From: Mytilus trossulus
Taxonomy: Eukaryota
Reading direction: 5' to 3'
NCBI RefSeq assembly: GCF_036588685.1
Contig: NC_086379.1
Location: 71,486,001-71,550,000, forward strand
Length of the DNA: 64,000 nucleotides
Shown here: positions 63,692-64,000 of the stretch, piece by piece
How the letters are laid out: each line of letters begins with the position of its first letter
Position numbering within the stretch: the first letter of the stretch is position 1
The notes under the pieces: generated by a model
Database searches by the model: none
The model's input: the letters and a program-made list of their open reading frames with translations, nothing else
Told to the model about the DNA's origin: nothing
Translations under genes and position numbers: made by a program

Positions 63692-64000
63692 TTATTTCGA
63701 TTCTAATAGGACAAATACGATCATTAAAATACTGAAGCGAGGGTTGTTTTGGTGTGGCTAATCTTTTTTACTCCCTGTGAGATAAAGCTCAAATATCTTA
63801 ATAAAACCGTAGCTTGCATGGGTTATTTCGTGAATAACCGCTAGAAAAAAAAACTGTTTCATTTTTCTAATTCTCAAACCCAACATTTGCCATTTTTAAT
63901 TTATAAGTTTTTCCCGTAAGCTTCGGTAAAATCCAAAGTTGACATTTCGTAACTAAGGAGGGGTCATGTTGACTTGCTGAAATTAATAAATATGCAAATA

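Overview
AT-rich eukaryotic (animal) genomic DNA made almost entirely of transposable elements and their relics. The repeat families suggest a bivalve, probably Mytilus-like, but that is an inference. I found no intact host gene. Main contents: (1) a three-level nest at 43.3-52.0 kb, where an almost intact DIRS1-type tyrosine-recombinase retrotransposon (44154-49717) sits in the 3' UTR of a 5'-truncated L1/Tx1-like LINE with a 12-bp TSD, which itself splits a Penelope-like RT; (2) a nearly full-length APE-type LINE (36.9-41.2 kb) with ORF1 and an ATG-less ORF2 in the same frame across a single TAG; (3) a non-autonomous composite element with two 663-bp direct repeats, each with its own TIRs (KolobokP-like, 24497-26566); (4) many retrozyme-like repeats carrying minimal hammerhead ribozymes with covarying stems, including one complete ~349-nt monomer; (5) decayed Academ-like, Tc1 and Sola-like DNA transposons, hairpin elements, SINE pieces and a 32-bp minisatellite; (6) an old tandem segmental duplication (21.5-36 kb) with faint LRR/TLR-like pseudogene traces. 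Family names come from motif recognition by eye, not from database searches.
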